DNA of 64,000 nucleotides, taken from Heterodontus francisci. Taxonomy: Eukaryota. Location: positions 8,680,001 through 8,744,000 of the forward strand of contig NC_090404.1 of the NCBI RefSeq assembly GCF_036365525.1, given 5' to 3'. Both the position numbers and the translations under genes were made by a program. This document shows, in pieces, positions 52,325-64,000 of this stretch. Numbering within the stretch: position 1 is the stretch's first letter; each line of letters starts with the position of its first letter. A model generated the notes under the pieces. That model searched no databases and had not been told where the DNA came from. It saw only the letters and a program-made list of their open reading frames with translations.

Positions 52325-52860
52325 AAGTATAGGATCATACAGCACTGAATGATGCCATTCGGCCCATCTTACCTGTGCCGGCTCTTTGAAAGAGCCATCA
52401 CCTTAATCTTACTCTCCCTGCTCTTTCGACACTGCCCTGCATTTTTCCCATTCAGGTACATACACAGTTCTCTTTTGAAAATTACTATTGAATCTGCTTC
52501 CTCCACTTTTTCAGGCTGTGCATTCCAAATCCTGACAATCACACTGTAAAAAATAAATCCCCTCTCCCTTGTCTTTTTTGTCAATTCCCTTAAATCTGGG
52601 CCAATGGAATATCAAACTTCCGGCCGTTGGGAACAATAATGCGCGATATACTCTATCCAAACCCCATGGAATTTTCAACTTCACAATTAAATCTCCCTTA
52701 ATCTTCGTTGATATACCGGCAATAATTGCAGCTTCTCTAAACTCTCCAAAGTCCCACATCCCTGTACAATCCTAGTACATCTTCTCTACACCCTCTGCCA
52801 AGTCTTGTCATCCTTTCTACATAGAATTGGACTCAATACACTAGCTGCTGCGCACTCAGT
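52325..52860 (-). mobile_element. Degraded CR1 3' fragment
   Basis: IWNAQPEKVEEADSIVIFKREL. Confidence 0.8.
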
Positions 52861-53004
52861 TATTCAGAAAGTTTTGCCACAACTGTCTTCTTAAACAACA
52901 TCAAAATTAATGACAGGGTCTATTTATCTCCAATTTACATTTCTGGAATACAACATCTGACTTTTGTGTTTTCATATATAACAATCAGAAATGTTCATCT
53001 TAGG

Positions 53005-53215
53005 GCCAGCTGGGTAGATGGGAGGTTATACACACCCAAATTCAGACCGATCCAGTTTAACTTCCTGTTCTTTGTTCCTCTATGGACTATGTGCCGATCC
53101 AGCAACTCAGTGTCTGGTGATATTAACCTTGCCAGAAGGGAGTCTGGTGCAGCTTGATTGCAGATATACAGATCCTGATATTGACTACATACAATTGTAA
53201 CTGCGGAAGGTCCCA
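53005..53215 (+). pseudogene. 5' relic of a TCR V, paralog of 3303-3807
   Basis: GLCADPATQCLVILTLPEGSLVQLDCRY...QL*; homologous intron end. Confidence 0.75.
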
Positions 53216-53699
53216 AAGAGTTTAATGTGGCCGATTTGTGCACAGAAACATAGACAATCAGGAAAAGGGGTTCGATTCCTGTTCATGTATTTTGGTTGAT
53301 CTTGGTTGAAGGGAGGAATGTTGAGGAGGACACAGTGTGGGACAATGGGAGATTTAATGTCGACCTAAACAGACATGGGGTGGGGGAGAGATTATTGGTT
53401 CCTGCTGTCCCCAGAAATATACTTCCTTTTCAGCACTGCACAGATTGGAAACCTGGTTAATATGCTCAGGATCTGAAGTTGAGGTGGAATCCACAGTCTC
53501 CTGATTCTGAAATAGGAGTCAAATCACTTTATTCAAGCTGCTGCTAAATTGCTTAATGCATTCAGGTGACATTTTATATCGACAGTTTTATCACGACTTT
53601 GGTTAATACCGTTGCTGTTAAACTTCCGCAGACTAATACCACAAATATCAACGTCAAGAGGACAATGATGAAACACTTGATTCATGTAATTGAAATTCA

Positions 53700-54180
53700 T
53701 AGAGATAAGGAATATGGTTGCACAGAAGGAGGCCATTTAGCCCGTCGTGTTGGCTGTTTGAAAGAGCTGTCCGATTTGTTCTACTCTCTTGGTCTTTCTC
53801 CAAATCCCTGCCAATCTTCTCTTTATAGTATATATCCAATTCTCTTTTGAAAGTTATTATTGCATCTGTCTCTACCGCCCTTCCAGGTAATTTATTCCAA
53901 CTCATAACAATTCACTGCATAAACAATCTCCTCCCACTCCCACTCCTTCACCAATTGTCTTCAATCTGTCCTCTGGTTACCGACACTCCAGACAATGGAA
54001 AGAGTATCTCACTACAAACACTATCAAAACACTTCTTAATTGTGAACACGGCTATTAAATCTCCTTATAAACGCCCCTGCTCTAAGGAGAACAACCTCAG
54101 CTTCCCTCACCTCGACATAAACCGAAGTCCCTCACTCCTGGTCCAAGTCTATTGAATCGCCTGTGCACCTTCTTCAAGGC
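53700..54180 (-). mobile_element. Degraded CR1 3' fragment
   Basis: WNKLPGRAVETDAIITFKRELD. Confidence 0.8.
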
Positions 54181-55654
54181 CTAGAAAACATCTCTGACGT
54201 GGGGATGGAAATAACTTCAACCATTCATTATTTCTTAAGATTATTTCCAAGGATTCATGGCCTCTTCAAATTGGGCTCTGTACTCACGTATTATTAATAT
54301 TCATAAAATTGATAGTCCTTTCTCTGATAATGTAGGCCGTGCCTTATGAGCTCCGCAACAGCGGCCTCTGCAGGAATCATATTTCAGGAAGGTTTCTGTC
54401 CCGACCTGTGGATGGGGCGCTTCATTACGTTAACGCCGCTCTATAAATACAGATTGTTGTTGTAGACAAGAGGCAAATCAATTTTATGCAAAGAGATATA
54501 ATACGTGATAGGTCACTGGAAGCAGATTCAATAGTAATATTCAAAAGTAAAAGACAATTGGATAAATACTTGATGTGCAAAAAATATTTATCGAGCAGAC
54601 AGTTTGTGTGTGGTCTTTAAAGTTGTTCCGATCAAGCGGATGAGAGTAAGGTGTCGCAGTGGACATTAGGACCCTGCGGCCACCCATCCGGCGGTGCTGT
54701 GCGGTCGATTAAACCATTGGCCATGTTGATGAGGGGCTGTGCTCCTGAAGTCTCCTTTTGTCCTGAACACCTCTTCTGGCAGCACAGTGACACGGCGGTT
54801 AGCCTCACAGCTAAGGGCCTGTTTCAGTGCTGTATAATTGTTTCCTGTAGACCATGGCCTAATCACAGGATTTATTTGATCAGAGTGTGCTGCTGGCTCA
54901 GAGAGTGGGTACAGATTTCACAAGTTAGTGACTGTGATCTTTAAAACAAGTCCCAAGTAGAGTGTCTCTTCATTCTCTGTAACTGGGAACTCTGAATATT
55001 ACAGACCTGGAAAGCAATCATTACTGAATTCAAACATCATTTTAGATACAAACCACTGAAGGAGAGGATGCAGGAAGCATGTGTTTAAATGGCAGGGAGA
55101 GTTTCTTCTTTGTGTATATCTGCCTGGATATTGACAATGCCACTGGATTGTCTCATATTGTAACCTGACCTTCATTTGCTGGACTGGGAGAAGCTTATTC
55201 ACCCAACACACAGCCAGAGACCTGGGAACCATGCAGCCCATCCATGATAGTCCTAAACACTGCCCTCTGCAAATCAGTTTGACCCCCTGAAGTATTTCAG
55301 TCCAGCTCTGAAGTCCAGTCTCCCACAGTAGTCCAGGGATGCAGTCTCCAGCTCCCTGTCATAGTTTGGGGTGGAGTAGGACTGCAGCGATTGAATTGTT
55401 TTTGTGATAAATTGAGCAGCGCCATCTTTAATCCCGGCAGCTGCCTGAAACGTGACAGACGGTGACTTTGGAGTGCATGAGGCTGCATTTGCATCACCCA
55501 CCACTCCCCCGCTACTCCTCTCCCCGCTGCCTCCCGCTTCTTCCTCCATCCTCTGCTCCTGCTCCTGATGGTGGAAGCGGGGGAGACAGAGTGAGGTAGA
55601 GAGCAGTAAGATAGGGAGAGGCAGGAGAGGGGAAGGAGACTGCGAGCGAGAGAC

Positions 55655-56580
55655 TCGGGGAGAGGGGGAAGTGGGAGGGAGAAGCGGGAGGGAGCGTGGG
55701 GGAGATGAGGGAGGGAGCGGAGGGGAAGTGGGAGGGAGCAGAGGCGGGAAGTGGGAGGATGTGTGGGGGGGGAACTGGGAGGGAGCAGTGGGGGGAGTGG
55801 GAGGGAGTGGGGGCAGGAAGTGGGAGAGAGCAGGGGGAGGTGGGAGGAAGTGGGGGGGGGGAACTGGGAGAGAGCAGTGGGGGGGAGGTGGGAGGGAGCA
55901 GGGGAGGAAACTAGGAGAGAGCAGGGGGAAGTGGGAGGAAGTGTGCGGGGGGGAACTGGGAGGGAGCAGTGGGGGGAGTGGGGGGGTGGTGGGAGGGAGC
56001 AGGGGAGGAAACTGGGAGAGAGCAGGGGGAAGTGGGAGGAAGTGTGCGGGGGGGAACTGGGAGGGAGCAGTGGGGGAGTGAGAGGGAGGGAGCAGAGGGG
56101 AAGTGGGAGGGAGCAGAGGGGGGAAGTGGGAGGGAGCATGGGGGGAAGAAGTGGGAGGGAGTGGGGGCAGGAAGTGGGAGAGAGCAGGGGGAGGTGGGAG
56201 GAAGTGGGGGGGGAACTGGGAGAGAGCAGTGGGGGGGAGGTGGGAGGGAGCAGGGGAGGAAACTGGGAGAGAGCAGGGGGAAGTGGGAGGAAGTGTGCGG
56301 GGGGGAACTGGGAGGGAGCAGTGGGGGAGTGAGAGGGAGCGGGGGGGGGGTAAGTAGGAGAGAGCAGGGGGAAGTGGGAGGAAGTGTGCGGGGGGGAACT
56401 GGGAGGGAGCAGTGGGGGAGTGAGAGGGAGCGGGTGGGGGGGAAGTAGGAGAGAGCAGGGGGAAGTGGGAAGGAGCTGGGGGGGAGAAGCAGGAGGGGAA
56501 GAAACGGGAGGGAGAAGTGGGAGGGACCGAGGGGGTAGGAAGTGAGGGGGGGGGGGGAGAAGTGGGAGGGAGCGAGGGGG
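55655..56580 (+). repeat. G/A-rich polypurine minisatellite
   Basis: Shuffled modules GGGGGGAACTGGGAG(G/A)GAGCAG and GGGGGAAGTGGGAGGAAGTG. Confidence 0.95.
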
Positions 56581-58789
56581 GCGTTTGAAGCAGGGAGCAT
56601 GTGACTGAGGGAAGGCAGCAGCGAGGCCTTGAGCAAGCGGCGAGCAGACGGGTATGGGAGACAGCACCGGGGAAGAGGGCGACATTCCAGCACGCAATGA
56701 CATTTTCGTGCACATGTGCAAATTAGTCCTGGCGAGAACATAGGCTGTGCATGCACAGCACCTCACTGACAGAAAGAGACCTTTCTGCACATGTGCACAG
56801 CTGGGAGCACTCTGATGATGTCAGGGCACCAATGCGTTGTCAGGAGTCACTTTGTAAAATAAAAAAGCCTAAAAAAATAAAAATAAAAGGTTAGCTACAG
56901 AGTAAAGCTCCCTCTACACTGTCCCATCAAACACTCCCAGAGCAGGTACAGCATGGGTTAGAATTTTAAAAAAAAGGGTTAGAATCATAGAAAATTTAAG
57001 GCACAGAAAGAAGCCACTTGGCTCATCGTGTCTTTGCAGCTGAATAACGATCTATCTATTCTAATCCCACCTTCCACCATTTGGTCCGTAGCCTTTCAGC
57101 TTACGGCACTAGAGGTGCATATCCAGACACCCTTTTGAATGAGTTGAGGGTCTCTGCCTCACCTACCCTTTCAGGCAGTGCGTTTCAGACCATCACCACC
57201 CACTGGGTGAAAAAGTATTTCCTCATCTCCCCTCTAGTTTTACTAAAAATCACTTTAAATCTATGCCTCCTCGTCACTGACGTCCCTGCTAAAGTAAATA
57301 GGCCCTTCACATCCACTCTATCCAGGCCCCTCAAAATTTTGTACATTTCAATCAGATCTCCCTTCAGCCTTCTTTGTTCCAAGGAGAACAACCCCAGCCT
57401 ATCCAATCTTTCCTGATAGCTGCAATTTTCCAGTCCTGGCAATATCCTCGTAAATCTCCTCTGTACCCTCTCTAGTGCAGTTACATCCTTTCTGTAATGA
57501 GGTGACCAGAACTGCACACAGTACTCAAGTTGTGGCCTAACCCATGAGTTATACAGTTCCAGCATAACCTCCCTGCTCTTGTATTCTATACCTCGGATAA
57601 TAAAGGAAAGGATTCCATATGTCTTCTTAACCACCTTATCGACCTGTCCTCCTACCTTCAAGGATCTGTGGCCATTCACTCCAAGGTCCTTTACTTCCTC
57701 TACTCAGTATTTTCCCATTAATCGGATATTCCTTTGCCTTGTTTAACCTCCCCAAATGCATCACCTCACACTTCTCCAACTTGAATTCCATTTGCCACTT
57801 ATCTGCCCACCTGACCAAACCATCAATATCTTCCTGCAGCCTAGATCCTGCTCGCTATCTACCACACGGCCAATCTTTGTGCCATCCACAAACTTCTTGA
57901 TCGTGCCCCCTATATTTACGTCCAAATCGTTAATATACACCACAAAAAGCAGGGGGCCCAGTACTGAGCCCCGCGGAACACCACTGGAAACAGCCCTCCA
58001 GCTGCTAAAATAGCCGCCAACAATTACCCTTTGTTTCCTGCCAATGAGCCAATTGTGTATCCACCTTGCTGCATTTCCCTGGATCCAATTGGATTTTATA
58101 TTTTTAACCAGTCTACCATGTGGGACCTTGTCAAAAGCCTTGCTAAAATCCATGTAGACCACATCAACTGCACAACCCTCATCTATCTTCCTTGTTACTT
58201 CTTCAAAGAAATTCGATCAAGTTGGCCAAACGAGATCTTCCCTTAACAAATCCATGCTGACTATCCTTGATTTACCTGTGCCTTTCTAAGTGACAGTTTA
58301 TCCTGTCTCTCAGAATAGATTCCAATAATTTGCCCACTACTGAGGTTAGACTGACTGGCCTGTAATTATTCGGTCTATCCTTCGATCCCTTTTTAAACAG
58401 AGGTACAACGTTAGCAGTTCTCCAATCCTCCAGCACCACACCTGTATCCAGTGAGGACTGGAAAATGATGGTCAGACCCTCTGCTATTTCCCCTCTTGCT
58501 TTTTTTTTAAACAGCCTAGGATATATTTCATCTGGCTCTGGTGACTTATCAACTTTCAAGGATCCTAATTCCATTAATACTTCATCTCTCCCACGTTTAT
58601 CACATTCAATACTTCAGACTCTTCCTCCTTAACTACAATATCTGCATCATCCCCCTCTTTTGTGAAGAGGGACACGAAGTATTCATTAAGAACCATACCA
58701 ATATCTTCCACTCCTAAACATAAGTTACCTTTTTGGTCTTTTATTGGCCCTACTCTCTCCTTAGTTATCCTCTTACTCTTAATGTATTA

Positions 58790-59120
58790 TAGAGTCATAG
58801 AGAGATACAGCACTGAAACAGGCCCTTCGGCCCACTGAGTCTGTGCCGACCAACAACCACCCATTTATACTAATCCTACATTAATCCCATATTCCCTACC
58901 ACATCCCCACCATTCTCCTACCACCTACCTACACTAGGGGCAATTTACAATGGCCAATTTATCTATCAACCTGCAAGTCTTTGGCTGTGGGAGGGAACTG
59001 GAGCATCCGGCGGAAACCCACACAGTCACAGGGAGAACTTGCAAACTCCGCACAGGCAGTACCCAGAACTGAACCCAGGTCGCTGGAGCTGTGAGGCTGC
59101 GGTGCTAACCACTGCATCGC
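58790..59120 (-). mobile_element. tRNA-derived SINE with CR1-type 3' tail (HE1-like)
   Basis: On -: GCAGTGGTTAGCAC (A box) and GGTTCAGTTC (B box), CR1-like tail; interrupts the CR1. Confidence 0.8.
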
Positions 59121-59124
59121 CCTT

Positions 59125-59275
59125 TTTCTTTCTTAAACCATACTTTTGAACCTCTTTCCCCTATCCCCTCCACTCTCACTTCCAATAAGTGCGAGGAGCT
59201 CATGGACTTCTTCGTCACTTGAGGCCATCCTATCAGCTGACTCTGCTGCATCCTTCCCTTCCACTAGCCCACTGG
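59125..59275 (+). mobile_element. Short non-LTR fragment, possibly L2-like
   Basis: NKCEELMDFFVT remnant that is not colinear with the host CR1. Confidence 0.4.
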
Positions 59276-60638
59276 GCCAAACTTCCTACAACACTCCTTC
59301 TCTGCCCTATAATGATAAAACATCTTTGGGTTCACCTTGATTTTGCTTGCCAACATTCTTTCATGCCCTCTCTTTGCTTTCCTAATTTCCTTTTTGATTT
59401 CATCCCTCCACTTTCTATACTCCTCTCGGCTTTCTGTAGTATTGAGTTCTCGGTGTCGGACATAAGCTTTCCTTTTCTGCCTTATCTTACCCTGTAAGCT
59501 CCTTGACATCCATGGGGCTCTAGATTTGGCCATCTCACCCTTTTTCTTTGTGGGAACATGTTTACCCTGAATCTTCCCCTTTGATTGCCTCCCACTGCAC
59601 TGACATTGATTTGCCTTCAAGAAGTTGTTTCCAGTCCACTTTCGCTAAATCACTCCTCAGTTTAGTAAAAATGGCCTTTCCCTAATTGAGAACTCTAACT
59701 CCTGTTCTATCTCTGCCCTCTTCCATAATTACATTAAAACTGACTGAATTATGATCACTACCACCAAAATGCTCTCCCACTGCCACTCCTTCCACCTGCC
59801 CATCTTCATTTCCTAAAACTAAGTCTAAAACTGCGCCCTCTCTTGTCGGACTTGCTACAAACTGGACAAAAAAGTTCTCCTGAATGCACCTCAAGAATTC
59901 TGCTCCTTCAATTCCTTTCACACTAAAACTATTCCAGTTAATATTGGGTTAATTAAAATTCCCTACTATTACTGCCCTATTGTTCTTGCACTTCTGAGAT
60001 TTGTCTACATATCTGCTTTTCTATCTCCCTCTGACTGTTTGAGGGTCTATTGTACACTCCCAGCAGTGTGATTGCCCCTTTTCTGATCCTTAGCTCAATT
60101 CATATGGCCTCATTTGATGAACCTTCCAACATATTATCCCTCCTCACAGTTCTAATAGTCTCCTTGAACAAAATTGCCACTCTCCCTCCTTTCTTATCCC
60201 CCTCCCTATTGCATCTGAAAACCCTGTAACCAGGAACATTGAGTTAGACACAGAGAACATAAGAAATAGGAGCTGGTCTTGGCCATTTGGGGTAAAGCTC
60301 CCTCTAAACTTAATTGGCTGTAAAGTGTTTTGAGACGTCCTGATGTCATGAAAGGAGTTACAAAAATACAAGTCTTTCTTTAACAGAGGAGAAAAGGCCC
60401 AAAAATGGAACAGTCAACAGAAGCATTTCAATTAGTCTCCTCTTTTCCTGGAAACAAATACTCCAACCACTGTGTGTTGGAAATAAAGCTGATTTATTTC
60501 ATATTTATCCAGAATATTAAACTCCAGCGCAGTAACAGGGGTGATGAAGATCATCAGAAACAAACACTGTCAGAATGAACATGGCTCAGTGTGGATGTGA
60601 TTAACAGCAGCAATAACAGCGGAATCCAACCCCAGCAG

Positions 60639-61586
60639 TCACTCGTGAACTCGCTGGTGTTTCAGTAGATTTGATGACTGAGCGAACTTATTCCCACACA
60701 CGGAGCAGATGAACGGCCTCTCCCCAGTGTGAACTCGCTGGTGTCTCAGCAGGGTAGATGGATGAGTGAATCCCTTCCCACAGTCAGAGCAGGTAAACGG
60801 CCTCTCCCCAGTGTGAGTGTGTTGGTGTGTCAGCAGGCTCGATGACCGAGTGAATCCCTTCCCACACAAACAACAGGTGAATGGCTTCTCCCCAGTGTGA
60901 GTGCGTTGGTGTCTCAGCAGCTCATTTCTGCTTTTAAATCTCTTCTCACAATCAGAACATTGAAAAGGTCTCTGATCAGTGTGAACTCGCTGGTGTCTCA
61001 GCAGCTCAGATGACTGAGTGAATGCTTTCCCACACACGGAGCAGGTGAACGGCCTCTCCCCAGTGTGAACTCGCTGGTGTATCAGCAGGTTTGATGAATT
61101 AATGAATCCCTTCCCACAATCAGAGCAAGTAAACGGCCTCTCTCCGGTGTGAGTGTGTTGGTGTGTCAGCAGGCTCGATGACCGAGTGAATCCCTTCCCA
61201 CAGTCAGAGCAGGTAAACGGTCTCTCCCCAGTGTGAACTCGCTGGTGTGTCAGCAGGGTGGATGACTGGGTGAATCCCTTCCCACACACGGAGCATAGGA
61301 ATGGCCTCTCCCCAGTGTGAACTCGCTGGTGTATCAGTAGTTCCTTTTTGCTTTTAAATATCTTCTCACAGTCAGAACATTGAAAGGGTCTCTGATCGGA
61401 GTGAACAAGTTGCTGTCTCGGAAGGTCGGAAGACCGAGTGAATCCCTGCCCACACACGGAGGAAATGAACGACCCCTCCCCAGTGTGACTGAGCTGATGT
61501 GTTTCCAGCTGCAACGGGGAATTGAATCCCTTCCCGCAGTCCCTACATTTCCACGGTTTGTCTGTGGTGTGGGTATCCTTGTGCAT
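60639..61586 (-). CDS. C2H2 zinc-finger protein, 11 fingers (finger 2 degenerate)
   Basis: CxxC-x12-HxxxH repeats with TGERP linkers; ATG at 61586; acceptor near 61,926; AATAAA on - near 60,493. Confidence 0.9.
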   Translation of the reverse strand: MHKDTHTTDKPWKCRDCGKGFNSPLQLETHQLSHTGEGSFISSVCGQGFTRSSDLPRQQLVHSDQRPFQCSDCEKIFKSKKELLIHQRVHTGERPFLCSVCGKGFTQSSTLLTHQRVHTGERPFTCSDCGKGFTRSSSLLTHQHTHTGERPFTCSDCGKGFINSSNLLIHQRVHTGERPFTCSVCGKAFTQSSELLRHQRVHTDQRPFQCSDCEKRFKSRNELLRHQRTHTGEKPFTCCLCGKGFTRSSSLLTHQHTHTGERPFTCSDCGKGFTHPSTLLRHQRVHTGERPFICSVCGNKFAQSSNLLKHQRVHE

Positions 61587-62339
61587 CTCCAGCTTGGAAG
61601 CTCACTTGAAGCCTTGCCCACACACAGAATAAGTGTACAGCTTCTCCCCGCTGTGAATGGTATGATGTATTTTCAGGCTGTGTAACTGGTTAAAGCTCTT
61701 TCCACAGTCAGTGCACTGGAACACTCTCACTCGGGTGTGTGTGTCTCAGAGATTTTCCAGTCACAATGATGTTTGAAATCTTTCCCCACAGACAGAACAG
61801 ATAAACATTTCTCCTTCCACATTCAAAGGATGATATTCAGGTCCTGATGAATCGTGTGACTGTCAGATCTTGATCTCCTGCTTGGTTTGTGTTTTCCGTC
61901 TTTAAATCCTCCCCTTCTAATCCCCTGTAAAAGGAGTTTACAAAAGCCATCATTGTCAGTCGAGGATAGAAAGTCACAACATTCTCTCCTCCTGCTTCCT
62001 GGCCCAGGATGGCTGCACATACACCCTGCTGCACATTGCCTCCTAAAAAGATGGCGGCTGTTAACCCAGGCCTGTCACCGGGAGAAACCCTATAGCTGCT
62101 GCCCCGCTCGGTGCAAACACGCCGGTAGATTCTTAGTCAGGGTTTGAGGCCTACACTGGGTGTTTGTAAATTGAATCATATTCCCTGTTTTATCATGGGC
62201 ACCTGGGGCTGCACTCAGTGTGTGTGAAACCCGCATTGCCCCAGGGTTCATTAACCCGCTCCCTCCAGCCTGCTCCTTCCTGTTACATTCCATTTCCTGC
62301 ACTTTTGTTTTCAACCCATCCCCCATCTCCCAGAAGCAT

Positions 62340-62945
62340 GTTAGGGGTCCCCTCATTCTCACCTTCCATCCCACCAGCCTCCACATTTAATACATCACCC
62401 CCCCCCTCCCCCATCATTTCCCCCACCTCCAGCATGATGCCACCACCAAACATATCTTCCCCTCCCCTTTCAGCATTTTCTGGTGGGACCATTCCCTCTG
62501 CAGCACCCTGGCCCAAACCTCTATCACATCCAACACCCATTTCCCTTCCCGTGTCAGAACAGGAGATAGGAATACCTGCCCTTTTATCTCCTCCCTTCTC
62601 CTTGTCCAAGGCCACAATCACTCCTTCCAGGTGAAACAGCAATTTTCTTGTATTTATTTGAATTTAGTACACACTATATTCACTGCTCATGATGTTCTCT
62701 CCTCTACATGGGGAAACAAACGCAGATTAGGTGACTGCTTGTTGGAACACCTCCATTCAGTTCATGAGCATGACCCTGAGCTTCTGGTCGCCTGTCATCA
62801 TAATTCTCTGTTCCACTCCCACACTGCCCTCAGCCTCCTGCACTCCTCCTAATGAAGCTCAACAGAAGCGCAACGAACATCAGCTTATCTTTCAATTTGG
62901 CATTTCGGTCTTCTGGACTCAACACAGAGTTCAATAATTTCAGAT
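62340..62945 (+). mobile_element. Decayed Penelope-like element (GIY-YIG remnant) in the ZNF intron
   Basis: Frameshifted NLVHTI...LLYMG-TKRRLGDCLLEHL, resembling the GIY-YIG endonuclease motif. Confidence 0.65.
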
Positions 62946-63379
62946 CATTTCTGTTACAATTTATTGGGATGTTAACAGTAACCCTGGCACTTACCAGCAC
63001 CTTCAAGATAGATGGTGGGAACGCCGCTGTGTGCAGAGTGAGAATAAAATCAATGTTTGTAAATCCTCCCTTCTGGTACCCGATAAAATGCGTTTATAAG
63101 TCATCACTGCAAGTACAGGACAGAAATCCAGGACAATTCTAGTTTCAATGAAATATTTTTTCCTCTCTTGTTCCCCCAAAGCTGTAAATCCCTGTCCCAC
63201 ACACTCTCCCTCCTCTTTGTGCTGAAATCCAAACCCATCGCACCATCTCTTTCCTCCACTGCCAGTTTTCTCCCTCCCTCTACTCTGACTGGGTTCAGTT
63301 CTCCAGCCCCTGTGTTGCAGAGTCAGAATCAAATGAATGAGTCAATGATTTTCTCTCCTGGTCACTGGGACCCTGAAGC

Positions 63380-63720
63380 CCCGCCTACTCTCTGTGTCAT
63401 CACAAGGATAGCCACGCCTGCGCAATGCCCGCCGCTCAGCCAAGATGGCGGCCGTTGACCTGGCCCTTTACCCGGGAAAAAGCCCCGGAGCTGCAAACGC
63501 GGAACCTGGAGGTTCTTATTCGGGGCTTGCTGCCTACACAAGGTATTTCGGAAGTCTCCCCACCCACCCACCGGCTCCATGCATCCCCTCCAACTCAGTC
63601 TGTCCGACTCTCACCTGCTGCAAAAGCGTCTCCAGCACTCGCAGAGCTCAGATCAAAATGACACTGCGCATGCCCCAGATACAGTCCAGCCCCCCCCCCC
63701 CCCGCGCCTGCGCACTGGAC
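63380..63720 (-). promoter_or_regulatory. CpG-rich promoter and non-coding first exon of the ZNF gene
   Basis: YY1 motif CAAGATGGCGGC (~63,441), NRF1-like TGCGCATG and GCGCCTGCGCA (~63,665, ~63,703), GC box, donor CAG|GTGAGA at 63,614 on -. Confidence 0.65.
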
Positions 63721-64000
63721 TCCTCTAGTGTGACGAGAATCAGCAGTAAATGCACTGTCTCTGTCCATCACCTATTGGAAACTCCAGCTAAAATGAATTT
63801 GTCCAATAATACCTTGAGCCTTAATTTGATCAACAGGTCTCCTGTCCGGCACCTTGTCAAACCCCTGTTGACAATCCATCTGCATTTCCTTTCTCACTAC
63901 ACTGTTATTCCCTCAATAAATCGCTGTTATCTGTCCTGAATGAACCTAATTCACGAACAAGTGTTCAAATGTTTGCTCCACACGCACGGAACTTCATCTC

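Larger units (their letters stand above)
56979..60240 (-). mobile_element. Decayed CR1 LINE (endonuclease + RT) with nested inserts
   Basis: Fragmented ORFs containing GGSDH, YRPVSLTS, DFSKAFDKVPH, LEYCVQFWSP. Confidence 0.92.

Noticed and set aside
55274-56790. Pro-rich and Gly-rich long ORFs
   Set aside because: Stop-poor translation of the minisatellite in several frames
56888-56962. Short element ggttagctacagagtaaagctccctctacactgtccc
   Set aside because: Looks like one unit of a common interspersed or satellite repeat; cannot be classified without a library
59050-59120. tRNA gene
   Set aside because: The A and B boxes belong to the SINE head; no complete cloverleaf

Overview
Vertebrate genomic DNA, most likely from a cartilaginous fish (inferred from the CR1, SINE and Penelope-type repeats and the style of the ZNF gene). 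Bases 1 to ~53,200 are a T-cell receptor alpha/delta-type V-segment region with no recognisable D, J or C. The dominant structure is a young head-to-tail array of 16 units of ~2,561 bp (~4,886-45,912). Each unit has a V promoter, a 46-nt leader exon, a 150-nt intron, an open V exon, an RSS with an unusual 24-bp spacer, a CTCF-like motif 23 bp past the nonamer, and one co-amplified 5'-truncated CR1 LINE. The array is bracketed by V pseudogenes and by an inverted duplicate of the left flank (1-2,520 vs ~47,300-52,655). Next to it is one intact, oppositely oriented TRDV-like V (46,805-47,270) with a canonical 23-RSS, flanked by inverted promoter copies and convergent CTCF motifs. The last 11 kb hold decayed and nested retroelements, a G-rich minisatellite and a C2H2 zinc-finger gene with its promoter. 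All coordinates were read by eye; no alignments or database searches were run.
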